Notes: generated by a model not told the origin, from the sequence alone. A stretch of DNA of 64,000 bases from Prevotella sp. (GCA_031285625.1 JAITVV010000095.1:96001-160000), one strand, 5' to 3'; positions 42,747 to 52,932 are shown, counted from the stretch's first letter. Numbers and translations are program-made.

Positions 42747-43001
42747 TAACTCTTTTTTAGCGGGACTACCTGATTTTTAATCAGATAATGCTATAAAAGT
42801 ATCAACTTAGATAGTTAGGAATGTCCCTCTTCGACACAAAGATAGTATCAAAATCTTAAAGAATGGTACATTATGATACAAAACAAAACCTACCATTAAA
42901 TATTTTTAATCTAAAAATATCGTTATTAGGAACTATTATATATAAAATGTAGCGGATAAAGAGAAAATTTATATATTTGTATAACTCTCAATAAAGAAAA
43001 C

Positions 43002-43568
43002 ATGAAAAATATCATTATTATTTTAGCTGCGGTTTTCCTTTTTTCGAATAATTTATTTTCTCAAAATGTAGCTGAGCCTGAATTTGTAGGTGAAACTATA
43101 CTTCTTGGAGCAGACGATTCGGCCATTCCTCTCGAAAAATCACAAGCGCAGATCAAGACAAATGCAAACGCAGGTGCCTATATTGTAGGAATAGGAAGTA
43201 TTAAAACAAGACTGACAGTAAAAAAATGTTGTGCTTCGGTAAGGGTAAATCAGGCAGAACAGATTCAACTAATTGTACGCTCTTATGATAATTATACTGA
43301 TCCTTTGGCAGTCGTTACTGTCTTCCAATTTGAATCGAAAAAGAAAGAACGGCGTGCAGAATTAGAATCCGAATCTACCTTTTTCGGAGGAACATCTTCT
43401 AACAATATGACGATTCTGCCTTTCTCTGCTAAAAAGTTCGGAGAAAGTTCTTATCTGCTTACATTAGACAATGTCCAACCCGGAGAATATGGAGTGTTGG
43501 TAAATACGATAGATCAAAGGTCTACTATTGTTTCATGTTTTGGTATTGATAGTAATATTACAGAATAA
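43002..43568 (+). CDS. Secreted hypothetical protein
   Basis: Signal peptide, EPEFVGE, PGEYG; tatatttg box at 42972. Confidence 0.75.
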   Translation: MKNIIIILAAVFLFSNNLFSQNVAEPEFVGETILLGADDSAIPLEKSQAQIKTNANAGAYIVGIGSIKTRLTVKKCCASVRVNQAEQIQLIVRSYDNYTDPLAVVTVFQFESKKKERRAELESESTFFGGTSSNNMTILPFSAKKFGESSYLLTLDNVQPGEYGVLVNTIDQRSTIVSCFGIDSNITE

Positions 43569-43592
43569 TCATTTTTATATAAGAATAAAAAG

Positions 43593-43741
43593 AGGTTGTC
43601 TAAAAGGTATTTTTTACAATCTCTTTGTCATGTTGAACGGAGTGAAACATCTCGTGTCCGGAGGGTCGAGATTCTTCATTGCATTCAGAATGACAAAGAG
43701 AATAACACTTTGATAGTACAATTTTACTTTTGGGACAACCC
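43593..43741. mobile_element. Nested palindromic MITE/REP-like element, copy 2
   Basis: aggttgtctaaaa...ttttgggacaacc outer IR; tctctttgtcat...atgacaaagaga inner IR; lies between convergent genes. Confidence 0.75.
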
Positions 43742-43750
43742 CCTTTTTTA

Positions 43751-46036
43751 TTATATCGAACTTATTTTCAAACCTATAAAGAAAGTACGTGGTAATGATG
43801 GGCCATAAATATATTCCGAATCCCTGTCAGGCCCTTTATCATAATCTTTTTGTACCTGATTGAACATATTCTGTATCCCGCCATTGATCTCTACTTTATT
43901 TATAGCATTCAGGTTAAAGAAATAAGAAAGCTTCAATGTCATATCCATAAAACTACGTGTTTTAACAGTTTCGTCAAGCTCTATACCTTCTGCTCCGGCA
44001 AAGTGAGGTGTCAACATAGAGCCGGTATACACACCCGAAAGAGAGACTGCATAACTCTTATTCGGTATTGCTGTTGCCGAGAAGAATCCGTAAGTATCAG
44101 GTGAGCGAAGCATTTTCTTCACAGGTTTTACATAAGATTCTGATGACCAGTTTACAGGCTCAGTATATCTGCTCCGTTGCCATGTAAAACCACCTTGTAA
44201 TTCGAGCCAGTCTATAGGCTGAACAGTAGTCTCCAGATTCAGCCCATATACATAGGCACCATCACCATTCTTTCGTGTCATTATCGTATTCCCCATTGCA
44301 TCAGTACCGGTTTCCTCAACAATAAAAACCCTGTTTATTTTATTATAGAAACCTTCTAAAAGAAAATACGAATAGAACTTCTCATTAAACAAACTAAAAT
44401 CTATTCCTCCATTAAATGCATTCGAATATTCACGCTTCAGGTCTTCGCCCAAAACTGTAATAGTAGCATGTCCTCCAATAACGGGGATATCCAGATCTGA
44501 AGCTATAATCTCCGGAGCGCGGTATCCCATCGAGTAGGCAGCACGGAGATTCATATTTTCAGCTACTCTATACCTGATACTTCCCCGGGGAATAATATTC
44601 ATATTACTCAGTTTATTATGTTTATCACCTCTCACTCCTACTATAAGAGTAAGGTTATCGTCTCTCCATTCATTCTGCGCATAAAGGCTACTTACGTTTA
44701 CTATTTGTTTTATATTACGGCTATGAATAGTATCATGCAGATTGGTATATTCCTGTGTAAAACCTGCAGTAAACTTTGCCGGCATAAACAACAGTTTATC
44801 CATATTTACTTCATAACGCACTGTGCCCGTAGCTGCCAGCTCTGATGTGTTTCCATATCCGTTAAGATCATAACCTCCACCATAATAGCTATCTCTTGCA
44901 GTCTTTTGTATCGAACCGTTCACTGATAGTTTCCGTTTGTTATCTTCACTGGAATGAATATAACCAATCGTACCTGAATGTATTTTATAATCGGTAGTCT
45001 CGGCAATCAAGGCCTCGTGCGGAGGGCGTTTCATATTATCCCCTCCCCTTCTGTATTCAGATATATAATGATATTCTAAGGTCAGTTTATCACGCAGTGT
45101 CGGCTTTGTAAAACTACGAAAACCAACAGACGTTGCTTTATTTTTTCCTATTTCAGAAAAACCGTCATCATTGGCATCCCATGGATTACGATGACGCATA
45201 TTTGCGAACAAAGAGATCCCCGAAGTTTTAGTTCTGTCTACAAATGAAGAATTAAGAGATAATACATTATCTGCAGATTTACCATCTATCAGCGACATAT
45301 TATATTTCACCTGATAAGAATTCTTTTCAGGCTCTTTGGTTATTATATTTATAACCCCTCCTATCGCGTTTGCACCATAGAGCACAGAACCTCCACCACG
45401 TATAACCTCTACTTGCTCTATCATATTAGTTGGCATCTGCTCCAACCCGTACATCTTAGAAAGTGACGTGAAAACTGCCTGACCATCGATCAGCATCTGG
45501 GAATACTGCCCCTCAAGTCCGTTTATCCTTACTTCCTGCGTCCCACAGTTCTGACAATTAGTTTCCACCCTCAGTCCGGGCATATAATTCAATCCCTGAG
45601 ATAAAGAAACCGAGTTTGTGGCTTCAAACGTTTTGGTTGTTAACTCATTTACTACCACCGGAGAAATCTTTCTATTCAGCGACCTCAACGATGCTGTAAC
45701 AGCAACTTCCCCCAATTGCTGATTTTCGGGTTCGATGTACATAGTGACGTTTCGGGTAGCATTCTTGCCTATTATTACTTCCTGCCTCAAAGGAGAGTAG
45801 CCGATATATTGTGTTACCAGGATATATGTTCCTGCTGCAATACCATCCAGCGAGAAGTGTCCTGTCTCATCAGTAACAGTTGCGTATTGAGTTTTATCGA
45901 TATATACTGTAACACCGGGCAGGTGTTCTTCTGTTTGTCCGTCTAGTACATGACCTTTAATTGACGAGGTATTAGCTTGTGCATAAGCACCAACGGCTAA
46001 TAATATATTGAATGATAAAAGTATAAGCTTTTTCAT
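43751..46036 (-). CDS. TonB-dependent outer-membrane transporter (no SusD partner; NCQNC in plug)
   Basis: Signal peptide, carboxypeptidase-regulatory-like N-domain, PGLRVETNCQNC, IEQVEVIRGGGSVLYGANAIGGVINIITK, NMFN...PRTFFIGLK. Confidence 0.93.
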   Translation of the reverse strand: MKKLILLSFNILLAVGAYAQANTSSIKGHVLDGQTEEHLPGVTVYIDKTQYATVTDETGHFSLDGIAAGTYILVTQYIGYSPLRQEVIIGKNATRNVTMYIEPENQQLGEVAVTASLRSLNRKISPVVVNELTTKTFEATNSVSLSQGLNYMPGLRVETNCQNCGTQEVRINGLEGQYSQMLIDGQAVFTSLSKMYGLEQMPTNMIEQVEVIRGGGSVLYGANAIGGVINIITKEPEKNSYQVKYNMSLIDGKSADNVLSLNSSFVDRTKTSGISLFANMRHRNPWDANDDGFSEIGKNKATSVGFRSFTKPTLRDKLTLEYHYISEYRRGGDNMKRPPHEALIAETTDYKIHSGTIGYIHSSEDNKRKLSVNGSIQKTARDSYYGGGYDLNGYGNTSELAATGTVRYEVNMDKLLFMPAKFTAGFTQEYTNLHDTIHSRNIKQIVNVSSLYAQNEWRDDNLTLIVGVRGDKHNKLSNMNIIPRGSIRYRVAENMNLRAAYSMGYRAPEIIASDLDIPVIGGHATITVLGEDLKREYSNAFNGGIDFSLFNEKFYSYFLLEGFYNKINRVFIVEETGTDAMGNTIMTRKNGDGAYVYGLNLETTVQPIDWLELQGGFTWQRSRYTEPVNWSSESYVKPVKKMLRSPDTYGFFSATAIPNKSYAVSLSGVYTGSMLTPHFAGAEGIELDETVKTRSFMDMTLKLSYFFNLNAINKVEINGGIQNMFNQVQKDYDKGPDRDSEYIYGPSLPRTFFIGLKISSI

Positions 46037-46212
46037 GTTAAATATAATGTATGTAAAACAAATACACCAAGTATCTATCCTACAAAGATATGTGGCAGCA
46101 CAAACCCAAGAAAAAATTGTGTCGCCTTAATAATTTATACGAATAAGGGTTGATTACGGGAATGTAATCAACAACAAAAATCGGGTCTCGAAATAAGAGA
46201 CAGATTTCAAAC

Positions 46213-46593
46213 TTATAAAACTGAAAAAGGTGGTGCCCTATGGTTGAAGTAACATATAGCAGGAGGTATAATGTCCTTTAAGATAACCTGCTTATATGTA
46301 ATCTTGAGCTGAGGCATAATCATTGCCTCAAAGCTATTTTCTACCGCTTCGAAAGATGCAGTATTAGATAATTGATTGAATGTAAAGAAACCGGCCGATG
46401 TATGGTGATGCGTCTCAAATGGAGGTTGCTTATTATCATCAGCTTCCTTGGCTAGTTTTTTATATGGATGGGAATGTACATAAATAACGCCATTGTATAT
46501 ATGGCTATGTACATAATAAGAAACACAGCCGAAATATCCTATATATAACAGGAGCAATATTCCGGCTGTGTATTTTATTTTATTGGCTGACAT
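46213..46593 (-). CDS. Small His-rich membrane protein with C-terminal RAPP motif (candidate arrest/leader peptide)
   Basis: N-terminal hydrophobic helix, HSH...HSHP...HHH, ending NHRAPPFSVL; directly upstream of the TBDT. Confidence 0.75.
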   Translation of the reverse strand: MSANKIKYTAGILLLLYIGYFGCVSYYVHSHIYNGVIYVHSHPYKKLAKEADDNKQPPFETHHHTSAGFFTFNQLSNTASFEAVENSFEAMIMPQLKITYKQVILKDIIPPAICYFNHRAPPFSVL

Positions 46594-46619
46594 CGAATCA
46601 GTCTTTATTTATCTTTTTG

Positions 46620-48026
46620 TCAGTACTGGCTATTATAGTTACTGAATATTAGTCCCATCTTCATATTTTCTTCATCAGTTCTGAGTACTGCAGATGTAGG
46701 GCTCATCTGATTATATACATTTGTATATGCATAATATGAAGATCCCGAACTTGATGTTGCCTGCTGATATTTAGTAGAGATAGGTATTACCAGATATGTA
46801 AGATCAGGTATATTATCCTTACCCTTATATTCATCCATATAATAATTTATCATGTTGGCAATATTAGTGGAAGTCCCACCTACCACATTACTATAAGTAA
46901 AATTATATGTATTTGTAGATGATGACAGTTCCATAATAAAACTGGTCTTGGCATCCGGCATTTTCTTATTCAGGAAGAAGTTGTTCAACGAATCCCGATT
47001 AATAAATAATAATGTAGTAGACCTGCCTAAATTAGATTTCTCTTCCTCTTCTGTATATCCTTTAATTTTAAAGTTTGCTGCATTCAGCTTATTATTCTTT
47101 TTACCAGAATCGGCAGCTTTTTTCATTATCTCACCCAATGGAATAGTCAACTCGGTGCAGACTCCGGCAGGACTCTTCAGGTAAGTACGGGTATCAGCAT
47201 TTGTAAATAAATTATCAGGAATTGAATTTTGTATATGATTCATCTGAATAACCTCTGGTGTCACTGTCAGCCTGAATAAGCCTACACGTGTAGAATCGGC
47301 TGTATCGGCAACATTACGGCCTGTATATTTCAGATAAATACGAAGTACGGTGGTATTTATACTCAATAAACTACCGGTACCGAAGCTATTTGTAACATAA
47401 ATCCCTTTAAAGAACTCTTTTAATGTTTCAGAATTCTTAAATGTAGCACCTTTTGAGTTTACCCATTCATCATAAAATTCCTGTCCGAGAGACCGGTCAG
47501 TTCTCAATAAGAAACTTCTCAACCCACTCGAAGCCGGGGTATCTTGTATAGTAAATACACCTTGCCCTAGTGGTTTGGACATATCACAATATTTCTTAGG
47601 ATCCACGTTGGTGAAGAAGTTCGATTTTAAAGGTTGAGTTACCCGGTAAGCAGAAATACCAAAAGGAGATATACTATCGCCTATAAATTGCTCGGAGATA
47701 ACTTCGATGAATGCTGAATCTATTGACAGGGTTTTATCCGGGAAAGTGGCATTTTCAGGACAATATAGTTCACTCAGATAATCTGAACTAACTTTTCCAA
47801 ATACAGGATCAGTGTAATTCCCCAATAAAGCCCATTCAGTACGGGCATATACCGAATCTTTCATTGAGACTGTTTTCGCTTTTATCAGAACGGTATCAAT
47901 AGATAATCCTATGCCATCACCATCCGGCTGTATTGAATTTCCTACCTGATTAATATCATCATCACACGCAACAAAAACGATCATTAAGATTGCAATTGCA
48001 AGATTCAGTAGTGCTTTAATTTTCAT
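46620..48026 (-). CDS. DUF4270-family lipoprotein
   Basis: Lipobox FVAC-DDD, LLG...DPVFG, FFKG, TYLKSPAG; sits next to the short glgA-like gene, an arrangement I recall as common in Bacteroidota. Confidence 0.82.
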   Translation of the reverse strand: MKIKALLNLAIAILMIVFVACDDDINQVGNSIQPDGDGIGLSIDTVLIKAKTVSMKDSVYARTEWALLGNYTDPVFGKVSSDYLSELYCPENATFPDKTLSIDSAFIEVISEQFIGDSISPFGISAYRVTQPLKSNFFTNVDPKKYCDMSKPLGQGVFTIQDTPASSGLRSFLLRTDRSLGQEFYDEWVNSKGATFKNSETLKEFFKGIYVTNSFGTGSLLSINTTVLRIYLKYTGRNVADTADSTRVGLFRLTVTPEVIQMNHIQNSIPDNLFTNADTRTYLKSPAGVCTELTIPLGEIMKKAADSGKKNNKLNAANFKIKGYTEEEEKSNLGRSTTLLFINRDSLNNFFLNKKMPDAKTSFIMELSSSTNTYNFTYSNVVGGTSTNIANMINYYMDEYKGKDNIPDLTYLVIPISTKYQQATSSSGSSYYAYTNVYNQMSPTSAVLRTDEENMKMGLIFSNYNSQY

Positions 48027-48065
48027 TCAAAATTAATGGTTTAATTAAATTGGGTTCAAATATCA

Positions 48066-48104
48066 TAAAAAATGCTGTTCTCATGAAATAAAACAGCATT
48101 TTTA
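48066..48104 (-). terminator. Hairpin/terminator between the glgA-like gene and DUF4270
   Basis: aaaaaatgctgtt / aacagcattttt. Confidence 0.6.
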
Positions 48105-48123
48105 TAGATTTATTTTAGATACT

Positions 48124-48930
48124 TTAAAGATTCTCGTAAAAATTATTGATCGCATCAACAGAATTTTCTAAATCTCCCTGATAAGAAAGGAAATTCTTCC
48201 CTGATTTATTCACATAATCAAGTACGTTCTGGTTGACAGAATCTTCACTCTGTATAACTCCATCAGCATGTTTAACTGCAAAATTAGAAAGAGTTTCGTA
48301 ATCCACAATACCTTTTAGTTCTGCTATATCTTTATCTTTTATCCCGTCAAACTTTAGTTTTTCGATAAACTTGTCGCTGAAAGGTTGTTTGAAATCATCG
48401 TTATATAAAGAATAAACTACCTTTGAATTCTTGAAACAAGGATCATCTGCATAAGCAGCCTTGATGTATAGCCCGGTAAGGGCAGTCATCCAACCATGGC
48501 AATCTATCACGTCCGGTATCCAGCGAAGTTTCTTTATTGTTTCCAATACTCCCCTTACATAAAAGATACTACGTTCGTCATTATCTTTAAACTCTACATC
48601 ATTATCGTCTGCAATAGTATGCTTACGTTTAAAATAATCATCGTTATCTATGAAGTAGATCTGCATTCTTGCAGCTTGTATAGATGCTACTTTAATAATT
48701 AGAGGATGATCTGTATCATCAATAATAAGATTCATTCCGGATAAGCGAATAACCTCGTGTAGTTGGTTTCTCCGTTCATTGATGCTTCCAAACTTTGGCA
48801 TGAAAGTCCTTATTTCTTGTCCTTTTTCTTGTATAGCTTGTGGTAAGTATCTACAATTTGTCGCAACTGGTGAATCTGGTAAATAAGGAGTAATCTCCTG
48901 TGTGATGTATAAAACTTTTTTTGTGCCCAT
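48124..48930 (-). CDS. Glycogen/starch synthase N-terminal (GT5) domain-only protein
   Basis: EIRTFMPKFG, ERRNQLHEVIRLSGMN, DNDER, PDVIDCHGW; no C-terminal GT1 domain. Confidence 0.82.
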   Translation of the reverse strand: MGTKKVLYITQEITPYLPDSPVATNCRYLPQAIQEKGQEIRTFMPKFGSINERRNQLHEVIRLSGMNLIIDDTDHPLIIKVASIQAARMQIYFIDNDDYFKRKHTIADDNDVEFKDNDERSIFYVRGVLETIKKLRWIPDVIDCHGWMTALTGLYIKAAYADDPCFKNSKVVYSLYNDDFKQPFSDKFIEKLKFDGIKDKDIAELKGIVDYETLSNFAVKHADGVIQSEDSVNQNVLDYVNKSGKNFLSYQGDLENSVDAINNFYENL

Positions 48931-49149
48931 TTAATTTTCCTCTTCTGAAATTGAGACTACAAAGATAATAAAAAAAAATCTTGTTTTTTGCAAATTTTGC
49001 AACACAAAATTCTGTTTTCCTTCATTTTAAGAGGATCACGTTCGTTTTTAATCCATTTTATTCGTTAAAATTCAGAACAAAAAGTCTTGATTGTTTCGTG
49101 GTTACATAAATATTTATTTGCTTTGTATCCTCTTTTGATTTTGAAGAAA

Positions 49150-49995
49150 ATGGAAGTACTAAAAACCGTAAAAGAAGTACAGGACAAGTTTATATCTTTG
49201 CGTTCACAGGGGAAAACAATTGGATTTGTTCCTACAATGGGAGCCCTTCATGAAGGGCATCTTTCTTTAGTGAAACAGTGTATTGCTGATAATGATATTT
49301 GTATTGTCAGTATTTTTGTTAATCCGACCCAATTTAACAATAAAGAGGATCTGGTAAAATATCCGCGCGATCTGGAAAAAGACAGCCAATATCTTGCAGA
49401 AGCGGGAGTAAACTTCATTTTTGCACCATCAGAAAAAGAGATTTATCCTGAACCAGATACCCGGCAATTTGACTTTGGGCAGATAGATAAGGTAATGGAA
49501 GGCGTACACCGCCCGGGGCATTTCAATGGAGTAGCTCAGGTCGTAAGCCGCCTGTTTGACATAGTGAAACCCGACAAGGCTTATTTTGGAGAGAAAGATT
49601 TTCAGCAATTGGCTATAATCAGAGAAATGGTTAAGCAATTGAATCTGTCTGTGCAAATCGTAGCAATGCCAATAGTAAGAGAAGCCAGCGGACTTGCACT
49701 AAGCAGCAGAAATGAAAGACTTACTTCTAAACAAAAAGAGGTAGCTGTAAATATTTCCAAAACATTGTTTGAAAGCAAAAAGTGGATGGATAATCTTTCG
49801 GTGAAACAGGTAATTGACAAAGTTACAGATACATTGAATTCGTTTGACGAGTTGAATGTTGAGTATTATGAAATAGCAGATGGCTATACTTTACAATCAG
49901 TAAAAGACTGGAAGGGTGCCAATTATATTGTAGGGTGTATCGCCGTTTTTTGTGGCGATGTACGTTTAATTGATAATATTATATACAAAGCGTAA
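49150..49995 (+). CDS. panC: Pantoate-beta-alanine ligase
   Basis: Likely start 49150; VPTMGALHEGH, FVNPTQF, RPGHFNGV, FGEKDFQQ, LSSRN, RLIDN. Confidence 0.96.
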   Translation: MEVLKTVKEVQDKFISLRSQGKTIGFVPTMGALHEGHLSLVKQCIADNDICIVSIFVNPTQFNNKEDLVKYPRDLEKDSQYLAEAGVNFIFAPSEKEIYPEPDTRQFDFGQIDKVMEGVHRPGHFNGVAQVVSRLFDIVKPDKAYFGEKDFQQLAIIREMVKQLNLSVQIVAMPIVREASGLALSSRNERLTSKQKEVAVNISKTLFESKKWMDNLSVKQVIDKVTDTLNSFDELNVEYYEIADGYTLQSVKDWKGANYIVGCIAVFCGDVRLIDNIIYKA

Positions 49996-50016
49996 GCGCA
50001 TTTATTAAATAAGGAA

Positions 50017-50370
50017 ATGATTATAGAGGTTGTAAAATCGAAGTTACATCGTGTTACAGTAACCGAAGCTAACTTGAATTACATCGGAAGCATCACTATT
50101 GATGAAGATTTGATGGACGCAGCAAACCTGATTGAAGGCGAAAAAGTCCAGATTGTTAATAATAACAATGGAGAACGCCTCGAAACGTATGTTATAAGAG
50201 GGGAACGCGGATCGGGATCGATTTGTCTTAACGGTGCTGCTGCACGCAAAGTACAGCCCGGAGACGTTGTTATTATTATGTCTTATGCCCAAATGGAATT
50301 CGAGGAAGCCAAATCCTTTAAGCCATGGGTGGTATTTCCTGACACAAAGACTAACAAGATCATAAAATAA
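50017..50370 (+). CDS. panD: Aspartate 1-decarboxylase
   Basis: KSKLHR, YIG|SITID cleavage site, [15 protein letters not shown]. Confidence 0.96.
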   Translation: MIIEVVKSKLHRVTVTEANLNYIGSITIDEDLMDAANLIEGEKVQIVNNNNGERLETYVIRGERGSGSICLNGAAARKVQPGDVVIIMSYAQMEFEEAKSFKPWVVFPDTKTNKIIK

Positions 50371-50484
50371 GCTTTCTTAATTAAAGCTTAGCGAGAAAGT
50401 AATAGTAATTACTTCTAATTGTACGATATTGGGATAAAAAATCAATTCCAATATAATAAGATTCACTTCTTACCAAAGATTATC

Positions 50485-51840
50485 ATGCATTCATATTCAT
50501 ATAAAGACATATGGAAGATAAGCATACCTATCATGCTGGGACTATTGGCCCAAAGTATAGTACAGCTTACCGGAACATTCTTTCTGGGACACTATTCTGT
50601 ACCCGGCCATCCAGGACTGGCAGGTATATATCAAAGCGCTTCGGGACTGGCGGGAATATACTATGTTGCCATATTTACTATCTGCTTCGGATTCAGTATT
50701 GGCGGACAGATCATGATCAGCCGCCGCAACGGAGAAAAGAATTATGATAAAATAGGCACAATCGTTATACAGGGGCTTATGTTCCTGCAGGTCTTTGCAC
50801 TTATCCTATTCCTTTTATCACAGTTAGTTATCGATCAGGTTCTGTCTACTTTCTTAAAATCACCAGAAGTATTTAGTGCAATCGACAAATACCTGTCGTG
50901 GCGTATTTATGGATTTTTCTTCGCTGCTTTCAACGTTATGTTCCGTGCATTCTATGTAGGGATTGCACGCACCAAAGTATTAACCTTCAACGCTATTACG
51001 ATGGCTATCGTGAACATTATAGCCGATTATGCACTGATATTCGGTAACTTCGGATGCCCCGAACTGGGAATAGAAGGGGCTGCCATAGCCGCTGTATTAT
51101 CTGAGATAGCATCCGTACTATTCTTTACCATCTATACATTCATAACCATAGATTTTAAGAAATATGGCTTTGCCAAGATGAGGTTCAAAATGTCAATTAT
51201 CAAAAACATCTTGAATATTTCCTCATTCACAATGGTGCAATACCTTATCTCGATGTCTACATGGTTCATTTTCTTCGTGGCCATTGAGCAACACTCCGAA
51301 GATGCTCTCAAAATAACGAATCTCGTCCGGAGCTTCTACATGGTTTATTTCATCCCGATGAATGCCCTGGCAACCACAGCGAATACACTAGTAGGGAATA
51401 CAATCGGATCGGGAAACATAAAAGGCGTGATTCCGCTTATAAAAAGAATATGCCTGTTGAGCCTGGGAATAACCTCTTTCATGATGGTTGTCACGTTGAT
51501 TTCACCAAAATTCTGGATATCTTTTATAGCTCCTATCGATCAGGTATCCCTTATCGGCGAAACGGTAATGCCTCTGATTGTATTATTGCTCTCTCTTCCT
51601 ATATCCTCTATAGGAACAGTTGTGTTCAATTCCATATCGGGAACCGGTAACACCAAAGCCGCCCTGTTTCTGGAAGTTATAACGATGTGCATCTATATCG
51701 GGGCAATGAGCTGGATTGTGATTTACAAGCAAATGTCAGTAGCATGGTGCTGGACTGTAGAGTATTTCTACTGGGGGCCTCTGCTCATATTTTCTGTTGT
51801 ATACCTTACACGTGCCAGATGGCAAAACAAAAAGGTATAA
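50485..51840 (+). CDS. MATE-family efflux transporter
   Basis: Likely start 50485; about 12 TMs, ISRRNGE, LIFGNFGCPELGIEGAAIA, GTGNTK. Confidence 0.88.
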   Translation: MHSYSYKDIWKISIPIMLGLLAQSIVQLTGTFFLGHYSVPGHPGLAGIYQSASGLAGIYYVAIFTICFGFSIGGQIMISRRNGEKNYDKIGTIVIQGLMFLQVFALILFLLSQLVIDQVLSTFLKSPEVFSAIDKYLSWRIYGFFFAAFNVMFRAFYVGIARTKVLTFNAITMAIVNIIADYALIFGNFGCPELGIEGAAIAAVLSEIASVLFFTIYTFITIDFKKYGFAKMRFKMSIIKNILNISSFTMVQYLISMSTWFIFFVAIEQHSEDALKITNLVRSFYMVYFIPMNALATTANTLVGNTIGSGNIKGVIPLIKRICLLSLGITSFMMVVTLISPKFWISFIAPIDQVSLIGETVMPLIVLLLSLPISSIGTVVFNSISGTGNTKAALFLEVITMCIYIGAMSWIVIYKQMSVAWCWTVEYFYWGPLLIFSVVYLTRARWQNKKV

Positions 51841-51868
51841 ATAGAGGTATTGATACAAACCTTTTTTA

Positions 51869-52303
51869 TATCTTTGTTTCATATAAACGACTACAATTTG
51901 AGAACTATTCTTTTATATATAGCTTAATATTAGCCCCATCTTACTACAGGCTAATTATTCCTTTCCTGTTTGAATCGCATTCAAGCAGGTAATTACTCTT
52001 GTTTTTGTCAGAATACAACGTACCTGCACAAAATGCATGGTTTCCGTCTGTGCACAAGAGCACATTATAAACAAAAATCAAATTCACGAAACACCATATT
52101 TTGAGACCGATCATCTTATATATCACGGCATAATATTAGTTTCAATACTTCGAACTAATATTCTTTTTCGTTTGGGCTTTCTGCTCAGATAGTACTTTCT
52201 ATTGCTTTACTCTTTACTATCAAGTATCTGGCACCTTACCGAATAGAAGTATAACCAAAGTATTAAGAATTTGAATGTCGAAAAATAAGAATTACTCCAA
52301 AAT
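51869..52303 (+). promoter_or_regulatory. Promoter plus long structured leader (possible attenuator or sRNA) before the DUF1062 gene
   Basis: tatctttg at 51869-51876, several hairpins, and a terminator-like stem at 52132-52162 followed by a T-rich tract. Confidence 0.4.
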
Positions 52304-52921
52304 ATGGAAACAGTCAAACGGTCTTCATGGCAAGTTATGCCATTAAGTACACCATTATTAAAAAAGAAATGTAAATGCAAAAGCAACCTCTATTATAGTA
52401 GTGACAAATTCAGGCTTAACTCTCAAAAAAAGAGTATCGATGTATGGCTTATCTATAAATGTATTAAATGCGATAACACATGTAATATAACCATACTATC
52501 ACGAACCAAACCAGACCTGATTGATAAAGAATTATATCATAGATTCAGTATGAATGATGAAGGCACAGCATGGAAATATGCTTTCGATGCTGAAACCTTC
52601 AGAAGAAATAATCTGGAACCTGATTACAGTAATATAGAATATGAGATCATCTCTGAAAATATATCATTACATGATATTTCAGTTATGGAAACTGACATCA
52701 TCGAATTTGAGATAATATCGCTGTATAACCTTGATATAAAACTAACTACCATTATCCGGAAATGTCTTGATATTTCGTCTGGCCAGTTAGAAAAAATGTT
52801 GAGTGCAGGAATTATCAGCGTTCAGCCGTCGGTACCTCTTAAGAAATCTAAGGTCAGGAATGGAATTATAGTTTCCATACATAAGAAGAAATTAAAGTTG
52901 TATATGGAAAAGAATATATGA
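52304..52921 (+). CDS. DUF1062-family protein
   Basis: KFRLNSQKKSIDVWLIYKCIKCDNTCN, RFSMND...YAFD. Confidence 0.75.
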   Translation: METVKRSSWQVMPLSTPLLKKKCKCKSNLYYSSDKFRLNSQKKSIDVWLIYKCIKCDNTCNITILSRTKPDLIDKELYHRFSMNDEGTAWKYAFDAETFRRNNLEPDYSNIEYEIISENISLHDISVMETDIIEFEIISLYNLDIKLTTIIRKCLDISSGQLEKMLSAGIISVQPSVPLKKSKVRNGIIVSIHKKKLKLYMEKNI

Positions 52922-52932
52922 TTATAAATAAC

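Noticed and set aside
43528-43808. Short ORFs of 61 and 70 aa over the intergenic region
   Set aside because: They are translations of the palindromic repeat element, not credible genes.
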